A stretch of DNA of 62,623 nt, the filler included, from an uncultured bacterium (GTDB lineage Bacteria; UBA8481), in assembly GCA_964499705.1 (NCBI GenBank). It is 5 parts of 5 records of this genome, joined end to end, with 100 filler letters (N's around TTAATTAATTAA, not from the genome) between each part and the next. Parts side by side here need not be neighbours in the genome. Positions count along the whole stretch, not along the records: positions 9,043 to 31,321 come from CAZCME010000010.1; positions 31,422 to 59,396 come from CAZCME010000030.1; 3 more parts are not named here. One strand, given 5' to 3'. The notes beneath the pieces were generated by a model. It did no database searches. It saw only the letters and a program-made list of their open reading frames with translations, and was not told the DNA's origin. Every line of letters starts with the position of its first letter. The stretch's first letter is position 1. Of the stretch, positions 27,428 to 37,460 are shown piece by piece. Made by a program: the position numbers and the translations under genes.

Positions 27428-29434
27428 TTATTTCTTCTTCCGCTTCGCCTTGTTCCCGCCCTCGCCCAGCACGTCCGTGAGAACGCGCAGCGCTTCGGCG
27501 ACGGACCAGGCCTGAGCGGGACAACCTTTCGGGTGATGGGGCGCGTCGCCGTCGGCGATCTCGGATATATGCCCGAGCCCGGCAGTCATGACGTGCGCTT
27601 CGAGTGCGCCGAGAAATTTTCGAGCCTGTTTCTTCGCCGACGCCGATGAACCGCGCACGCGGACCCAGGCCTCGATGAAGGGGCCGAGTAGCCAGGGCCA
27701 GACCGTGCCGTTGTGATAGCTCGCGTCGCGGTCCCGGCGTGAACCGGTGTAGATTCCGATATACCCCGGCTCCCAGGCGGCCAGCGTTCTCAAGCCGAGC
27801 GGCGTCAGGAGATGTTTCTCCACGGCGTCCACGACGGCGCGCGCCTGCGCCTTGCCGAGGATCGGTTCCGGCAGCGAGACGGCGAAGATCTGGTTCGGGC
27901 GCATGCGGTCGTCGTCTCCCTCCGGCCCGCCCACGACATCCAGGAGGCATTTGCGATCGGCGTTCCAGAATTTCTTCCGGAAGGACACAAGCGCCCTCTT
28001 ATGAAGAACGCTCCATTCCGCCACGGATTTTCCCCGGGTGAGATTCTTCATGGCCGCCAGAGCGTTGATCCAGAGCGCCTGGATCTCGACGGGCTTGCCG
28101 ATCCTCGGCGTGTACGTCTCCTCCTCATACTTGGCGTCCATCCAGGTGAGTTGCGAACCCGGTTCGCCGGCGTGAATGAGGCCGTCCTCGTCGAGGCGGA
28201 TGCCGAATCGGGTGCCGTCGCGATATCCGCGCATGATGGCTTCCGCGGCCGTCAGCAGCGCCGCGCCGCCCTTTCCTCCGCGGTCGATGTATTCCTTAAC
28301 GACGACCACGTACCACAGGGATGCATCGACGCTGTTGTAGTGCGGCGTTTCTCCCTCGTCGGGAAAGTGGTTGGGAAGCATGCCTTCGCTGACGACGCTC
28401 GACCATTCCGTCAGAATTTTCCTCGCGATATCCATCCGGCCGCGCGCAAGGCAGATGCCGCGCATGGAGATGAAGGTGTCGCGTCCCCAGTCCGTGAACC
28501 ACGGATAGCCGGCGACGATGGTTAAACCCTTGTTGCGGCGCACGAGATAATCTTCCGCGGCCCGATCGAGCACCTGCACCAGATCCGCCGGTTCCGAACC
28601 GATCCTGGCCCGGCGGTTCCTTTCCGACTTCTTCATCGCCGCGATCTTCTTGTTCGTCACGGGTTCGTCGGAAGCCGTCAGGGAGAAGAGAACGGCGGCC
28701 GTTTCGCCGGGAGCGAGATCGAAACAGATCGCTCCGGGTGTCCAGAGATCCTCCAGCCAGTCGAGACCCCGTTCTCTTTCCGCGTCGTAGGCGAACTGCA
28801 TGTACCAGTCCGGTGAATGCTGGTAGGTTCCTGTATGGCGCGCATGGATTGTCGGAACGCCGGGATAGGGATGCCACGCGACTCTCCCGGCGGAGGATTC
28901 GAAGCGCGGGTCGATGAGGTTGTTCCTGCGGGCGATGGTGTGATGGTCGCGGCAGGACAGGAGCGGCCGGACGAAAAAGCGCGCGGGCGATGAACCGCGG
29001 AGCGTCCATGTGATGACGACGGTCGGCTCGTCCCGCGGAACGAAGATCTCCTTATCGACCATGATCCGTGCTCCATCGTCTCCCTCGAACTCATACGTCC
29101 ACGTCGGCCACGGATACAGGTGGAAGCGCGTCAGGTGATCGAGACCGCGCGGGTAGACGGCATCGGGCGCGTAACGGTGCGCCGAAAGCGAAAAGCGGGA
29201 GGCTCCCGCTATGAAGTCCTCCTCGATATCCTGCACGAAGACGCGGCGTTCTGTCGGCGGCTTCATCGCGGCCAGCAGCAGCCCGTGGTAACGCCGCGTG
29301 CGGATGCCTCCTATCGTGCCGGACGCGAAGCCGCCCAGTCCGTCCGTCTCGAGCCATTCATGCGCGGCCGATGCGACCGGATCGCGCAGCACGTCGGGGC
29401 CGAAGGTGCCACGGGTCGTCGTTGATTTTTTCAT
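27428..29434 (-). CDS. Glycogen debranching enzyme (amylo-alpha-1,6-glucosidase, archaeal-type)
   Basis: EWLETDGLGGFASGT, TRRYHGLL, AGYPWFTDWGRDT, TWMDA, YHNGTVWPWL, CPAQAWS. Confidence 0.92.
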   Translation of the reverse strand: MKKSTTTRGTFGPDVLRDPVASAAHEWLETDGLGGFASGTIGGIRTRRYHGLLLAAMKPPTERRVFVQDIEEDFIAGASRFSLSAHRYAPDAVYPRGLDHLTRFHLYPWPTWTYEFEGDDGARIMVDKEIFVPRDEPTVVITWTLRGSSPARFFVRPLLSCRDHHTIARRNNLIDPRFESSAGRVAWHPYPGVPTIHARHTGTYQHSPDWYMQFAYDAERERGLDWLEDLWTPGAICFDLAPGETAAVLFSLTASDEPVTNKKIAAMKKSERNRRARIGSEPADLVQVLDRAAEDYLVRRNKGLTIVAGYPWFTDWGRDTFISMRGICLARGRMDIARKILTEWSSVVSEGMLPNHFPDEGETPHYNSVDASLWYVVVVKEYIDRGGKGGAALLTAAEAIMRGYRDGTRFGIRLDEDGLIHAGEPGSQLTWMDAKYEEETYTPRIGKPVEIQALWINALAAMKNLTRGKSVAEWSVLHKRALVSFRKKFWNADRKCLLDVVGGPEGDDDRMRPNQIFAVSLPEPILGKAQARAVVDAVEKHLLTPLGLRTLAAWEPGYIGIYTGSRRDRDASYHNGTVWPWLLGPFIEAWVRVRGSSASAKKQARKFLGALEAHVMTAGLGHISEIADGDAPHHPKGCPAQAWSVAEALRVLTDVLGEGGNKAKRKKK

Positions 29435-29473
29435 GGGGTATATCCTTTTCTCATTCAGGGCGGTTGATGGGCG

Positions 29474-29977
29474 TCAGGTTCCGGGTTCCTCGGCGCGGGC
29501 GCCGAGCTGGTTGTCGAGGAAGAGCAGGCCGGCGCCATCCTTGCCGACCATCTTCAGCTTCTTCACCATCTTGTCCATCGAGGATTCCTCCTCGACCTGC
29601 TCGTCGACGAGCACGCGGAGGAAGCTGATCGTGGCGTATTCCTTTTCCTCGTGCGCGAGATCCATCAACCCGTAAATCCGTTTCGTCACGAACTTCTCGT
29701 GTTCCAGGGAAAGCTCGAAGGTTTCCAGGAGGGATTTGAAATCTCTCTTCGGTGCCTCGATGGTCTTCAGTTCGACCTGGCCGCCCTGGTCGCAGATGTA
29801 CGTGTAGAATTTCATGGCGTGACCGCACTCTTCGCGCGCCTGCTGCTTGAAAAAGTTGGACGCGCCCGACAGATGCTCCGTTTCACACCAGGAGGCCATC
29901 GATAGATAGTAGTAGGCCGAATAAAATTCGAATTTGATCTGTTCGTTCAACTCGCTCACGAGCTTCGCGGATATCAT
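29474..29977 (-). CDS. ftnA: Non-heme ferritin
   Basis: LNEQIKFEFYSAYYYLSM, EECGHAMK, EHE, EQVEEE ferroxidase residues. Confidence 0.92.
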   Translation of the reverse strand: MISAKLVSELNEQIKFEFYSAYYYLSMASWCETEHLSGASNFFKQQAREECGHAMKFYTYICDQGGQVELKTIEAPKRDFKSLLETFELSLEHEKFVTKRIYGLMDLAHEEKEYATISFLRVLVDEQVEEESSMDKMVKKLKMVGKDGAGLLFLDNQLGARAEEPGT

Positions 29978-30093
29978 TTTCTGTTCCTCCCATGCGGCTC
30001 GCTGGCATTCGAGCCTTGATTCTTATTTTAATCATATCCCCGGAGATGTCTGTTCGCAACTCGCGTTCGCGGAAGCGGATGTCTCCCCGGATG

Positions 30094-30122
30094 TTTACTT
30101 TCCGGCGTCCGGGCATTATAAA
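30094..30122 (+). promoter_or_regulatory. Putative leaderless promoter
   Basis: TTTACT-N17-TATAAA, 6 nt before ATG 30129. Confidence 0.5.
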
Positions 30123-30128
30123 TGACGC

Positions 30129-30881
30129 ATGGCCGCGCCCGTCAACACACGCCGGATGGACCGGTTCAAGCCGGACAGCCGTTCGCTCATCACGATCGCG
30201 CCCTCGGGTTCTTATACCCAGGTCTCCGCGACGCTCCTGGATCTCAACAAGTTCGGAGGGCTCGGACTCTTCGTGCCGGCGCGCACGGCCTTTGACCGTA
30301 TGTCCGTGGCCACTCTCCTCGATCAGTGGATCATGAACAGATCCAGCACGCAGGGCGATATCAGCATGACGATCCGGTTTTTCCATGCCATTCCCAGGAT
30401 CGAGGATGGTCGCAAGGGAATTCGCGTTTCCGCCATGCTGGTGCAGAAGGACTTGAGGACCGAATCCTCGAAATTCCTCACGAGCACGCGCCGTCGCTCA
30501 AAGAGAGTTCCCAAGGACAGGGATCCCGCGAAACTGGTGCGGTCCGGGCTCAAGATCGACACGCGCGTCATGAATGTCGGGGATGACGACGGCGTCGGCG
30601 TGCTCGTCGACGCGGACGCGCTCGCGAAGATCACGTGGGGCGAGCTTTTTCAGGATGGATGGGAATTCGCGCAGGACGGTTTTTCGCTGACGTGTTTCGT
30701 CCAGCGCATCAGCCTCCAGGATAAGCTGGTGATCATCGGCGGCGCCGTGCCGGGCGTCAACAAGGCGAGGCAATGGGCGGAGACGGCCGGCAAATCGGCT
30801 CCGGCGGAGAAGGTCGCTTCCGAGGCCGACGATGCGTCGCTCATGGATCTGCTGGACCAGGTTCTTTCGAAGAAAAAATAA
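30129..30881 (+). CDS. Hypothetical protein with tandem PilZ-like domains
   Basis: Two RxxxR motifs (RRMDR, RRSKR), each followed by D/N-x-x-x-x-G-x-G (DLNKFGGLG, NVGDDDGVG). Confidence 0.45.
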   Translation: MAAPVNTRRMDRFKPDSRSLITIAPSGSYTQVSATLLDLNKFGGLGLFVPARTAFDRMSVATLLDQWIMNRSSTQGDISMTIRFFHAIPRIEDGRKGIRVSAMLVQKDLRTESSKFLTSTRRRSKRVPKDRDPAKLVRSGLKIDTRVMNVGDDDGVGVLVDADALAKITWGELFQDGWEFAQDGFSLTCFVQRISLQDKLVIIGGAVPGVNKARQWAETAGKSAPAEKVASEADDASLMDLLDQVLSKKK

Positions 30882-30912
30882 GGCGCGGGATCAAACCGAG
30901 AGATGAGGCAAC

Positions 30913-31149
30913 ATGAAAGCGGATGATATCAGGAGGAGAATCGAGGAGGGGATCGCGGGATCGGTCGCGGAAGTGAGCGACCTGACGGGAACGGGGGACC
31001 ATTTCGAAGCCGCCGTCACGGCGTCCGCGTTCGAAGGAAGAGGACTGGTGGAACGGCATCAGATGGTGTTCGGATTATTCAAACCGGAGCTGGCCACGGG
31101 CGAGTTGCATGCCTTCACGCTGAAGACAAAAGCTCCGGCGGAGGCTTGA
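30913..31149 (+). CDS. bolA: BolA/IbaG family protein
   Basis: GDHF, FEG..LVERHQMV, ELHA. Confidence 0.9.
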   Translation: MKADDIRRRIEEGIAGSVAEVSDLTGTGDHFEAAVTASAFEGRGLVERHQMVFGLFKPELATGELHAFTLKTKAPAEA

Positions 31150-31176
31150 GAGAGAACGGGAGAAGAGGAGAGAACC

Positions 31177-31321
31177 ATGGATATGCGGGCGAAGATCGCC
31201 GAAGAAGTCGGAAAGAATCAGGTCATGATCTACATGAAGGGCACGCCCAATTTCCCACAATGCGGTTTTTCCGCGGCCGTGGTGGAGATTTTCAGGGAAC
31301 TGGGCGTGAAATTCGGAGCCG
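31177..31321 (+). CDS. grxD: Monothiol glutaredoxin (3' truncated)
   Basis: YMKGTPNFPQCGFS; adjacent to bolA. Confidence 0.92.
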
Positions 31322-31421
31322 NNNNNNNNNNNNNNNNNNNNNNNNNNNNNNNNNNNNNNNNNNNNTTAATTAATTAANNNNNNNNNNNNNNNNNNNNNNN
31401 NNNNNNNNNNNNNNNNNNNNN
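31322..31421. other. Artificial contig spacer
   Basis: N-run + TTAATTAATTAA + N-run. Confidence 0.98.
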
Positions 31422-31422
31422 T

Positions 31423-32373
31423 CCGGATTACGATGCCGGCCGCAGGATCGAATTCATGAAGGGCCATGTGGACCAGGGTTCGCGCATTCTGGAAATCGGC
31501 GCCAATCGCGGAGATTTCTGTCGCGACCTGGAGAGTGCTGGATTTGAGGCGACGGGAGTGGACCCGCTGGAACGGCGGGACCAGGCTGTGGTGGAAGGCG
31601 GATTCATAGCCTCGGAGCAGACGGCAACCGGAGTATTCGACGTTGTGGCAAGTTACTACGTCCTGGAGCATGTGACGGACGCGCGCGCCTGGCTGGCGGC
31701 TGTTTCCAGGAATCTCAAGACCGGAGGAATCCTGATCACCGAGGTGCCGAATTTTGAGCGCGATCCCGCGGCCTCGCTGAACCATGAACATTTTCTGCAC
31801 TTTACTCCTTACCATCTGGAACGGCTTCTTCAGTCCTGCGGATATTCGGTGCTCGGAACGGATGCTTCGCCAGCCAGTCGTCACTTCGGCTTCGCCATGG
31901 CGGCCCGGAAAGTCGATGTGATGGCGCCCGCATCAGGCGCCATAATGCCCGATACGGCCGCGATATATGCACGCGGAATGGACGAGAAAAGGCGCCGGCT
32001 TTCGCAGGAAAACGCGGTGGCGGATGATGTGGCTCGTCTTGTTGACGCCGTGGGCGGAGCGGATAGCGCGCATATCTATTTCTGGGGCGCCAATGAAATT
32101 GCCACGTCCATTGCTGTCTTGCTGTCCGGGAAAACCCCGGTCGTGCCTTTCGTCCTTGATAATTCGTCGCAGAAAAAAGGGCTCCGCCACGAGGGGTTTT
32201 CAAGCCCGGTTGCGACGCCCGATGGTGTGAGGTTTGGCGCCGGGAATCATATCTTTGTTCTCTGTTCGCCGTCATGGAACGCCCAGATCCGCGAGCAGGT
32301 TGAAGCCCTGGCCGTGACTCGCGCGCATTTTGTCGACGTGCGCGATCATGGTATCGGGGAGCCTCGCCCATGA
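31423..32373 (+). CDS. SAM-dependent methyltransferase, sugar C-methyltransferase-like (5' truncated)
   Basis: ILEIGANRG, VLEHV, EVPN, HEHFLHF, C-terminal FWGA...DNSSQKKG...WN. Confidence 0.75.
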   Translation, partial: PDYDAGRRIEFMKGHVDQGSRILEIGANRGDFCRDLESAGFEATGVDPLERRDQAVVEGGFIASEQTATGVFDVVASYYVLEHVTDARAWLAAVSRNLKTGGILITEVPNFERDPAASLNHEHFLHFTPYHLERLLQSCGYSVLGTDASPASRHFGFAMAARKVDVMAPASGAIMPDTAAIYARGMDEKRRRLSQENAVADDVARLVDAVGGADSAHIYFWGANEIATSIAVLLSGKTPVVPFVLDNSSQKKGLRHEGFSSPVATPDGVRFGAGNHIFVLCSPSWNAQIREQVEALAVTRAHFVDVRDHGIGEPRP

Positions 32374-32518
32374 AGCCGCGCACAGTGTGGATATGATGGG
32401 AATCGGAAAAATGAGGATGCGGAACATTCGAAGAACGGCCGGGCCTGTCCGCGCAAATCGTTGCCGCGCCGGTTTGTCGTGTCATATGCGGCCGGACATG
32501 CTATTTTTCTCGTGACAC

Positions 32519-33358
32519 ATGAGCGTCCTTCCGAAGAACGTGCCCGTCATCGAAATTCGCTGCGATCGGAAATGGGCTCCGCTTTCGCTCACTGAGCTCT
32601 GGCAATTCCGCTTTCTTTTTTACGCGCTCGTCTGGCGAGACATAACGATCCGTTACAAGCAGACTCTGATAGGAGTGCTCTGGGCGGTGATCCAACCCGC
32701 CTTCATGATGATTCTCTTCACGGTGATTTTCGGCAGGCTGATGAAGTTTGATACCGGCGGCGTCGCTTATCCGGTTTTTTCCTACTGCGCCCTTCTTTCA
32801 TGGATCTTTTTCGCCAGAGGCCTGGGATCCGCGTCCATGAGCCTCGTTACGAATGAAGCCATCATCACGAAGGTCTATTTTCCGCGCATCCTTGTTCCGA
32901 CGGCGGCCGTCATGACGGCGTTTGTCGATTTTCTGATCGCTTTCGTCGTGCTGATACCTCTTCTTGTCTGGTACGATGTCTCCATCCACCCGCCGCATCT
33001 TCTTTATCCATTATTTGTCCTGATCAATGTGATCGCCGCGCTTGGAGTCGCCTATATATTTTCTATTCTCGATGCGCTCTATCGCGACGTGCGGCTTGTT
33101 CTGCCGTTCCTGACGCAGTTGATTTTTTTCGCCACCCCCGTCATTTACAGTTCGCAGATCGTCCCCGCCCGGTACGAGGCGGTTTTCTGGATCAATCCCA
33201 TGGTGGGGGTCATCGAAGGGGTCCGCTGGTCCCTGCTCAATTATCCCCAGCCGCCTCTCCGGAATATGGCGTATTCCTGCCTGGGCGCTGTCATACTTTT
33301 CCTGTTTGGAATTCTCTTCTTCCAGAAAATGGAGCGGAAAATTGTCGATCGGATCTGA
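32519..33358 (+). CDS. wzm: ABC-2 polysaccharide export permease
   Basis: RDITIRYKQTLIGVLWAVIQP, KVYFPR, YRDV, TPVIY, NPM. Confidence 0.92.
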   Translation: MSVLPKNVPVIEIRCDRKWAPLSLTELWQFRFLFYALVWRDITIRYKQTLIGVLWAVIQPAFMMILFTVIFGRLMKFDTGGVAYPVFSYCALLSWIFFARGLGSASMSLVTNEAIITKVYFPRILVPTAAVMTAFVDFLIAFVVLIPLLVWYDVSIHPPHLLYPLFVLINVIAALGVAYIFSILDALYRDVRLVLPFLTQLIFFATPVIYSSQIVPARYEAVFWINPMVGVIEGVRWSLLNYPQPPLRNMAYSCLGAVILFLFGILFFQKMERKIVDRI

Positions 33359-33365
33359 GCCGGGC

Positions 33366-34139
33366 GTGAATGCTTCGGCGATCGAGGTTCGCGGGATTGG
33401 CAAGCGCTACCAACTGGGGCAGCACGCGAATTACTCGACCATGCGGGACAACATCGTCGAAACATTCCGCTCATGGTTCCAGAAGAAGGATGAGGCGGAA
33501 GGCGCGGATATTCTCTGGGCGATTCGAGACATTTCCTTCAACGTCAGACGAGGAGAAATCGTTGGAGTGATCGGTCGCAATGGCAGCGGCAAGTCCACGC
33601 TCTTGAAGATTCTCTCGCGCATCGTCGATCCGACCGAGGGCTCGGCCAGCATCTGCGGTCGTGTGGCGGCGCTCCTGGAAGTGGGCACCGGTCTTCATCC
33701 GGAACTCACCGGCGAGGAGAACATCTACCTGAGCGGTTCCATCCTGGGGCTCACGCGCGGGGAGATCCGCGAGAAATACAAGGAGATTGTCGAATTCGCG
33801 GAACTCGACCGCTTTCTCGATACCCCGATCAAGCGGTATTCATCCGGTATGAGGGTGCGGCTTGCCTTCTCCGTATCCGTGCACCTCGATCCGGAAATCC
33901 TCCTGATTGACGAAGTCCTTGCCGTCGGGGATGCCGCGTTTCAGAAGAAGTGCGTGCGAAAGATGGAGCAGGTGGCGGGCGGAGGGCGCACCATTCTCTT
34001 CGTCAGTCACGATTCCAACACCATGAAGTCCTTTTGCAACCGCGCCATCTGGCTTAAAGAGGGCCATGTTGAGGAGGACGGTCATGCGGGCAAGGTTGTG
34101 GACTTGTATCTGTCCTGGCTTGATCGATTGCCTCAATAG
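33366..34139 (+). CDS. wzt: ABC polysaccharide export ATPase, without C-terminal CBM
   Basis: GRNGSGKST, YSSGM, IDEVLAVGD, VSH; GTG start inferred at 33366. Confidence 0.92.
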   Translation: MNASAIEVRGIGKRYQLGQHANYSTMRDNIVETFRSWFQKKDEAEGADILWAIRDISFNVRRGEIVGVIGRNGSGKSTLLKILSRIVDPTEGSASICGRVAALLEVGTGLHPELTGEENIYLSGSILGLTRGEIREKYKEIVEFAELDRFLDTPIKRYSSGMRVRLAFSVSVHLDPEILLIDEVLAVGDAAFQKKCVRKMEQVAGGGRTILFVSHDSNTMKSFCNRAIWLKEGHVEEDGHAGKVVDLYLSWLDRLPQ

Positions 34140-34144
34140 CCGCC

Positions 34145-35161
34145 TTGAAAATTCGGTCCGTCGATGTCGTCATACCGACTTATAACGGCGCCGATCTTCT
34201 CCTGAAATTTCTTCCGTCCGTCGTCGAAGCCTGCGTTGCGTGGGTTCGCGCCGAGGCGGACGGAGTCAGGCATGCCCGGATCTATGTTGTCGATGATGCC
34301 TCCACGGACAGGACGGCCGACAAACTCCATGGCCTGTTTCCCGAATCGGTCGCTGTCGTGCGTTCCACGGTACACGGAGGAGTCGGCCGCGCGATCCATC
34401 GGGGCGCGGTCGCCGGATCCGCCGAAACCATTCTCTCGCTGAATAACGATATCCGGGTCGAAAAGGATTTCCTGGAGCCGCTTCTCATGCCATTCGATGA
34501 TCCGGGTGTTTTCGCCGTAAGCGCCCGGATACTGCGGAGGGATGCCTCGGGAACGAAGTGGATCAACCAGAGCGGCCAATGCCTGTTCCATGCGGAAGGC
34601 CGCATCCGGACGCGAACGCTGGACCATGACGTCATGGAACGAGTGACCGAGCTTGTGGAAATTCCGGGAGGGTGCGCGACCTGCGCCGTGTTGCGCCGCG
34701 CGACGTATGAGCAGTTGGGCGGAATCGATCCCCTGTATTCTCCGTTTTATTGGGAGGATGTGGATCTTTTCTATCGGGCCATGAAGCGGGGATACCGCAT
34801 CATGTATCAGCCGCGCAGCACTGTGTATCACGAGCATAGCGTCACGGTAAAACGGGAATACTCGCCCAAGCAGGTGGAACGGATATTCTGGAGAAACTTC
34901 CTGCTCTTTAATGGAATCAACATTTCCGACGACCGTTATGCGAAGGAGTTTCGAGGATATATGTTTGGGCTCTTCGCCCGCAGCGTCGTTCATGGAGAAT
35001 GGGGGCGGCTTGCGGGGATTGCCGACGCGATTCGCCAAAGGCGCGGCGTCGCTGAAAAACGGGCCGCCGAGCGGGCGAATCTCGTCGTTGGCGATGAAGC
35101 GCTTTGGCGAAAATTTACCGCGTGGGAGGAGCGGATCCTCCGATGGGGCGAGGCGACCTGA
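34145..35161 (+). CDS. GT2-family glycosyltransferase
   Basis: VVIPTYNG, VDDASTD, LNND, YWEDVDL. Confidence 0.9.
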   Translation: MKIRSVDVVIPTYNGADLLLKFLPSVVEACVAWVRAEADGVRHARIYVVDDASTDRTADKLHGLFPESVAVVRSTVHGGVGRAIHRGAVAGSAETILSLNNDIRVEKDFLEPLLMPFDDPGVFAVSARILRRDASGTKWINQSGQCLFHAEGRIRTRTLDHDVMERVTELVEIPGGCATCAVLRRATYEQLGGIDPLYSPFYWEDVDLFYRAMKRGYRIMYQPRSTVYHEHSVTVKREYSPKQVERIFWRNFLLFNGINISDDRYAKEFRGYMFGLFARSVVHGEWGRLAGIADAIRQRRGVAEKRAAERANLVVGDEALWRKFTAWEERILRWGEAT

Positions 35162-36323
35162 CCGGGGAACGTTCGGCCATGCGATAAAAGGCCTCGAAAA
35201 AATCCGATGGCACGATGCAATCTCTCATGAAGATCCTCCGCCACTCGGGGAGAACGGGATAGCTGACCCGTTCGAGAATGATTCGATCGAACGGAATCTT
35301 CGTCTTGTTCCAGCATTTGAAGTAGATGCCGTCCGCCATGTCGTCAGCCGTTTCGAAATAGTGGAGAATTCTCTCTGGTCGCATCTCGTGCAGGCAATCC
35401 ACCGCCAGAAAGAGATCGCAATGAACGAGGTGCCGGATCCGTTCCAATTGGTGCGGCATCAGGAAGGCGATGCGCGATTCCTGGAATTCGACCTGCACTT
35501 CGTCCCACGACGAGAACGGTCGAAACCTGAATATCTTCTCGTCCGGAAATAGCGCGGAAAGATAGCGCTGGGAGACGTAAAGCGCGGGAGGAGTGTCGAC
35601 GAGGACGTATTTCCGGAGCCGACTCGCCGACTTCAGAAATGCATACGCGGTTCGCCCGGAACCCGGTCCGATCTCGATGACCGATTGAATATCCTGAATC
35701 CTGGCGCCTTCGTCGATGGAGCAGAGTTCAAGAAGTGAGTTCAGATTATCCTGGGAAATGTTGATCCCTCCGATAGGAATGCAGGGAGGATTGCCGATGT
35801 CAGGCTCGGAATAGAGATCGATGCCGCGCTCGGCCAGCCGCGGCCTGACAAATCGCTCCAGCAGAAGCGTGACCAGGTTGCATTGCAGGGACTCTTCCGA
35901 TGTGAAGTGCTCATGCGGAGTCAACAGGATCCTGAGATCCGCCGGCTCCTTCAGCAGCTCGGGGTCGGCGAGCATATTCTTCGCGAATCCTCCGTCCAGG
36001 TCTCCAACCCATGTGAAGTAATTGCGCGCGATGGTCTGCTTGAAATTCTCATACCCGGACTCGTTGATCTGCGTCGTGTTTCCTTTGTTCAGCCAGTTCC
36101 AGTAGGCCGAGGAATGATCCAGGTCCTCGCTAGTCGAATAGCATTCCAGCATCTTCAGGAGAATCGGATCGGTCTTTCGGGAGTCGAGGTTTTTCACCCA
36201 CTTGCGAAAGTCGCCGGCCGTGACCCGTTCTTTTTTCAGGCGAAATTTCTGAAGGGAATTTCGGAGCGCCTCCCTGGCCATTTGAGGAACCGCGCTCCTG
36301 AACAGATCCCTGATCGTCATCAA
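35115..36323 (-). CDS. Putative sugar O-methyltransferase
   Basis: GYENFK, EPDIGNP, IEIGPGSGR, LVDTPPALYVSQRYL, CLHEM. Confidence 0.75.
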   Translation of the reverse strand: MMTIRDLFRSAVPQMAREALRNSLQKFRLKKERVTAGDFRKWVKNLDSRKTDPILLKMLECYSTSEDLDHSSAYWNWLNKGNTTQINESGYENFKQTIARNYFTWVGDLDGGFAKNMLADPELLKEPADLRILLTPHEHFTSEESLQCNLVTLLLERFVRPRLAERGIDLYSEPDIGNPPCIPIGGINISQDNLNSLLELCSIDEGARIQDIQSVIEIGPGSGRTAYAFLKSASRLRKYVLVDTPPALYVSQRYLSALFPDEKIFRFRPFSSWDEVQVEFQESRIAFLMPHQLERIRHLVHCDLFLAVDCLHEMRPERILHYFETADDMADGIYFKCWNKTKIPFDRIILERVSYPVLPEWRRIFMRDCIVPSDFFEAFYRMAERSPVRSPRPIGGSAPPTR

Positions 36324-36511
36324 CGAAGCGCCCTGTTCGCGGGATCTGGGCAGACACGGTCCGGATGAGCGTTCGCGCGCATGGGACGATCATCTTATCG
36401 GAAACCCCACGCCTTCTCCGAGAAATCTTTTGAGTTACGGTCGAGGCGACAGGTAGGAATTGAAAACGACATCTTCGAATGATAGGATTTTCTAAATCAC
36501 GGGAGGACGTC

Positions 36512-37414
36512 ATGTTGAATAGGATCACGAGGCGTATATCGAGCGCGATAGTGAATCGCAATAGTCTGATTTTCAATCTCTGGTATGACAAGATGGCTCA
36601 ACCTGTCGTCTCTCATGCGGCAACTGATCCTGAAATCGATCTCATTGTCGGCGAAATCCGGAAGAATGGCGTCGCGGTCATGAAAAACGTTTTTCCCGCG
36701 GAATTCGTCGAGGAGGTCAAAGCGGAACTGGAGAAAGGCATCGCCGGATCCGATGCGGCGTTCCAGAACGCTCCCCCGGACCTGCTCCGTGTCGATCGCC
36801 CCGAAGAGGGGATCATTTTTTCTCAGAATTTCAAGGATTGCGGTCGGCAGATGATCGATTGGATCGATCTCGCGACCATGCCCGCGCCTATCCGCAAGTT
36901 CGCGTCGGAGCCTCGGTTTATGGAAATCGTCCGCCGATACTGGCATGTGGATCCCAGCACGATTCATGTGGGCGGAGTCCGCTTGACGCCCTGCCCCACC
37001 GACGATGCCTGGCACATCGACAGCATCTGCGATCAGATGAAAGTGATGCTCTGCGTATCGGAAGTCACAAGCGACAACGGACCGATGATCTACAAGCTGA
37101 AGACACATGATCACCCGCGCGTCCTTCATGACTGGTACTTCAATGCGTACCGCTATGGCAAGTCCGATGCCTACGGAAAGAAGAGCGCCGAGAATAGGAA
37201 GGGCAGCGATTATGCCGGTTTGGGCAATATCCAGGCGGAATCGATCTGCCTGGCGGGTAAACCGGGGGACTGCTTCGTCTTCGACACACGCGGAGTTCAC
37301 ATGGCCTCGGCATGCAAGCAGGGGACGCGGTGGGTCGCCATCGCCGGTTATGCCCTCGAGACAAGGCGAAATCGCGCCCTTGTGAGCCTCAAGAAGCCTG
37401 GTAACGCATTCTAG
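36512..37414 (+). CDS. PhyH-like Fe(II)/2-oxoglutarate dioxygenase
   Basis: WHID, DNGPM, GKPGDCFVFDTRGVH, R; GGAGG SD. Confidence 0.75.
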   Translation: MLNRITRRISSAIVNRNSLIFNLWYDKMAQPVVSHAATDPEIDLIVGEIRKNGVAVMKNVFPAEFVEEVKAELEKGIAGSDAAFQNAPPDLLRVDRPEEGIIFSQNFKDCGRQMIDWIDLATMPAPIRKFASEPRFMEIVRRYWHVDPSTIHVGGVRLTPCPTDDAWHIDSICDQMKVMLCVSEVTSDNGPMIYKLKTHDHPRVLHDWYFNAYRYGKSDAYGKKSAENRKGSDYAGLGNIQAESICLAGKPGDCFVFDTRGVHMASACKQGTRWVAIAGYALETRRNRALVSLKKPGNAF

Positions 37415-37460
37415 CCCCGCATTATTCCTCGGACCTCGCCGACGCTACTGGACAGGAATA

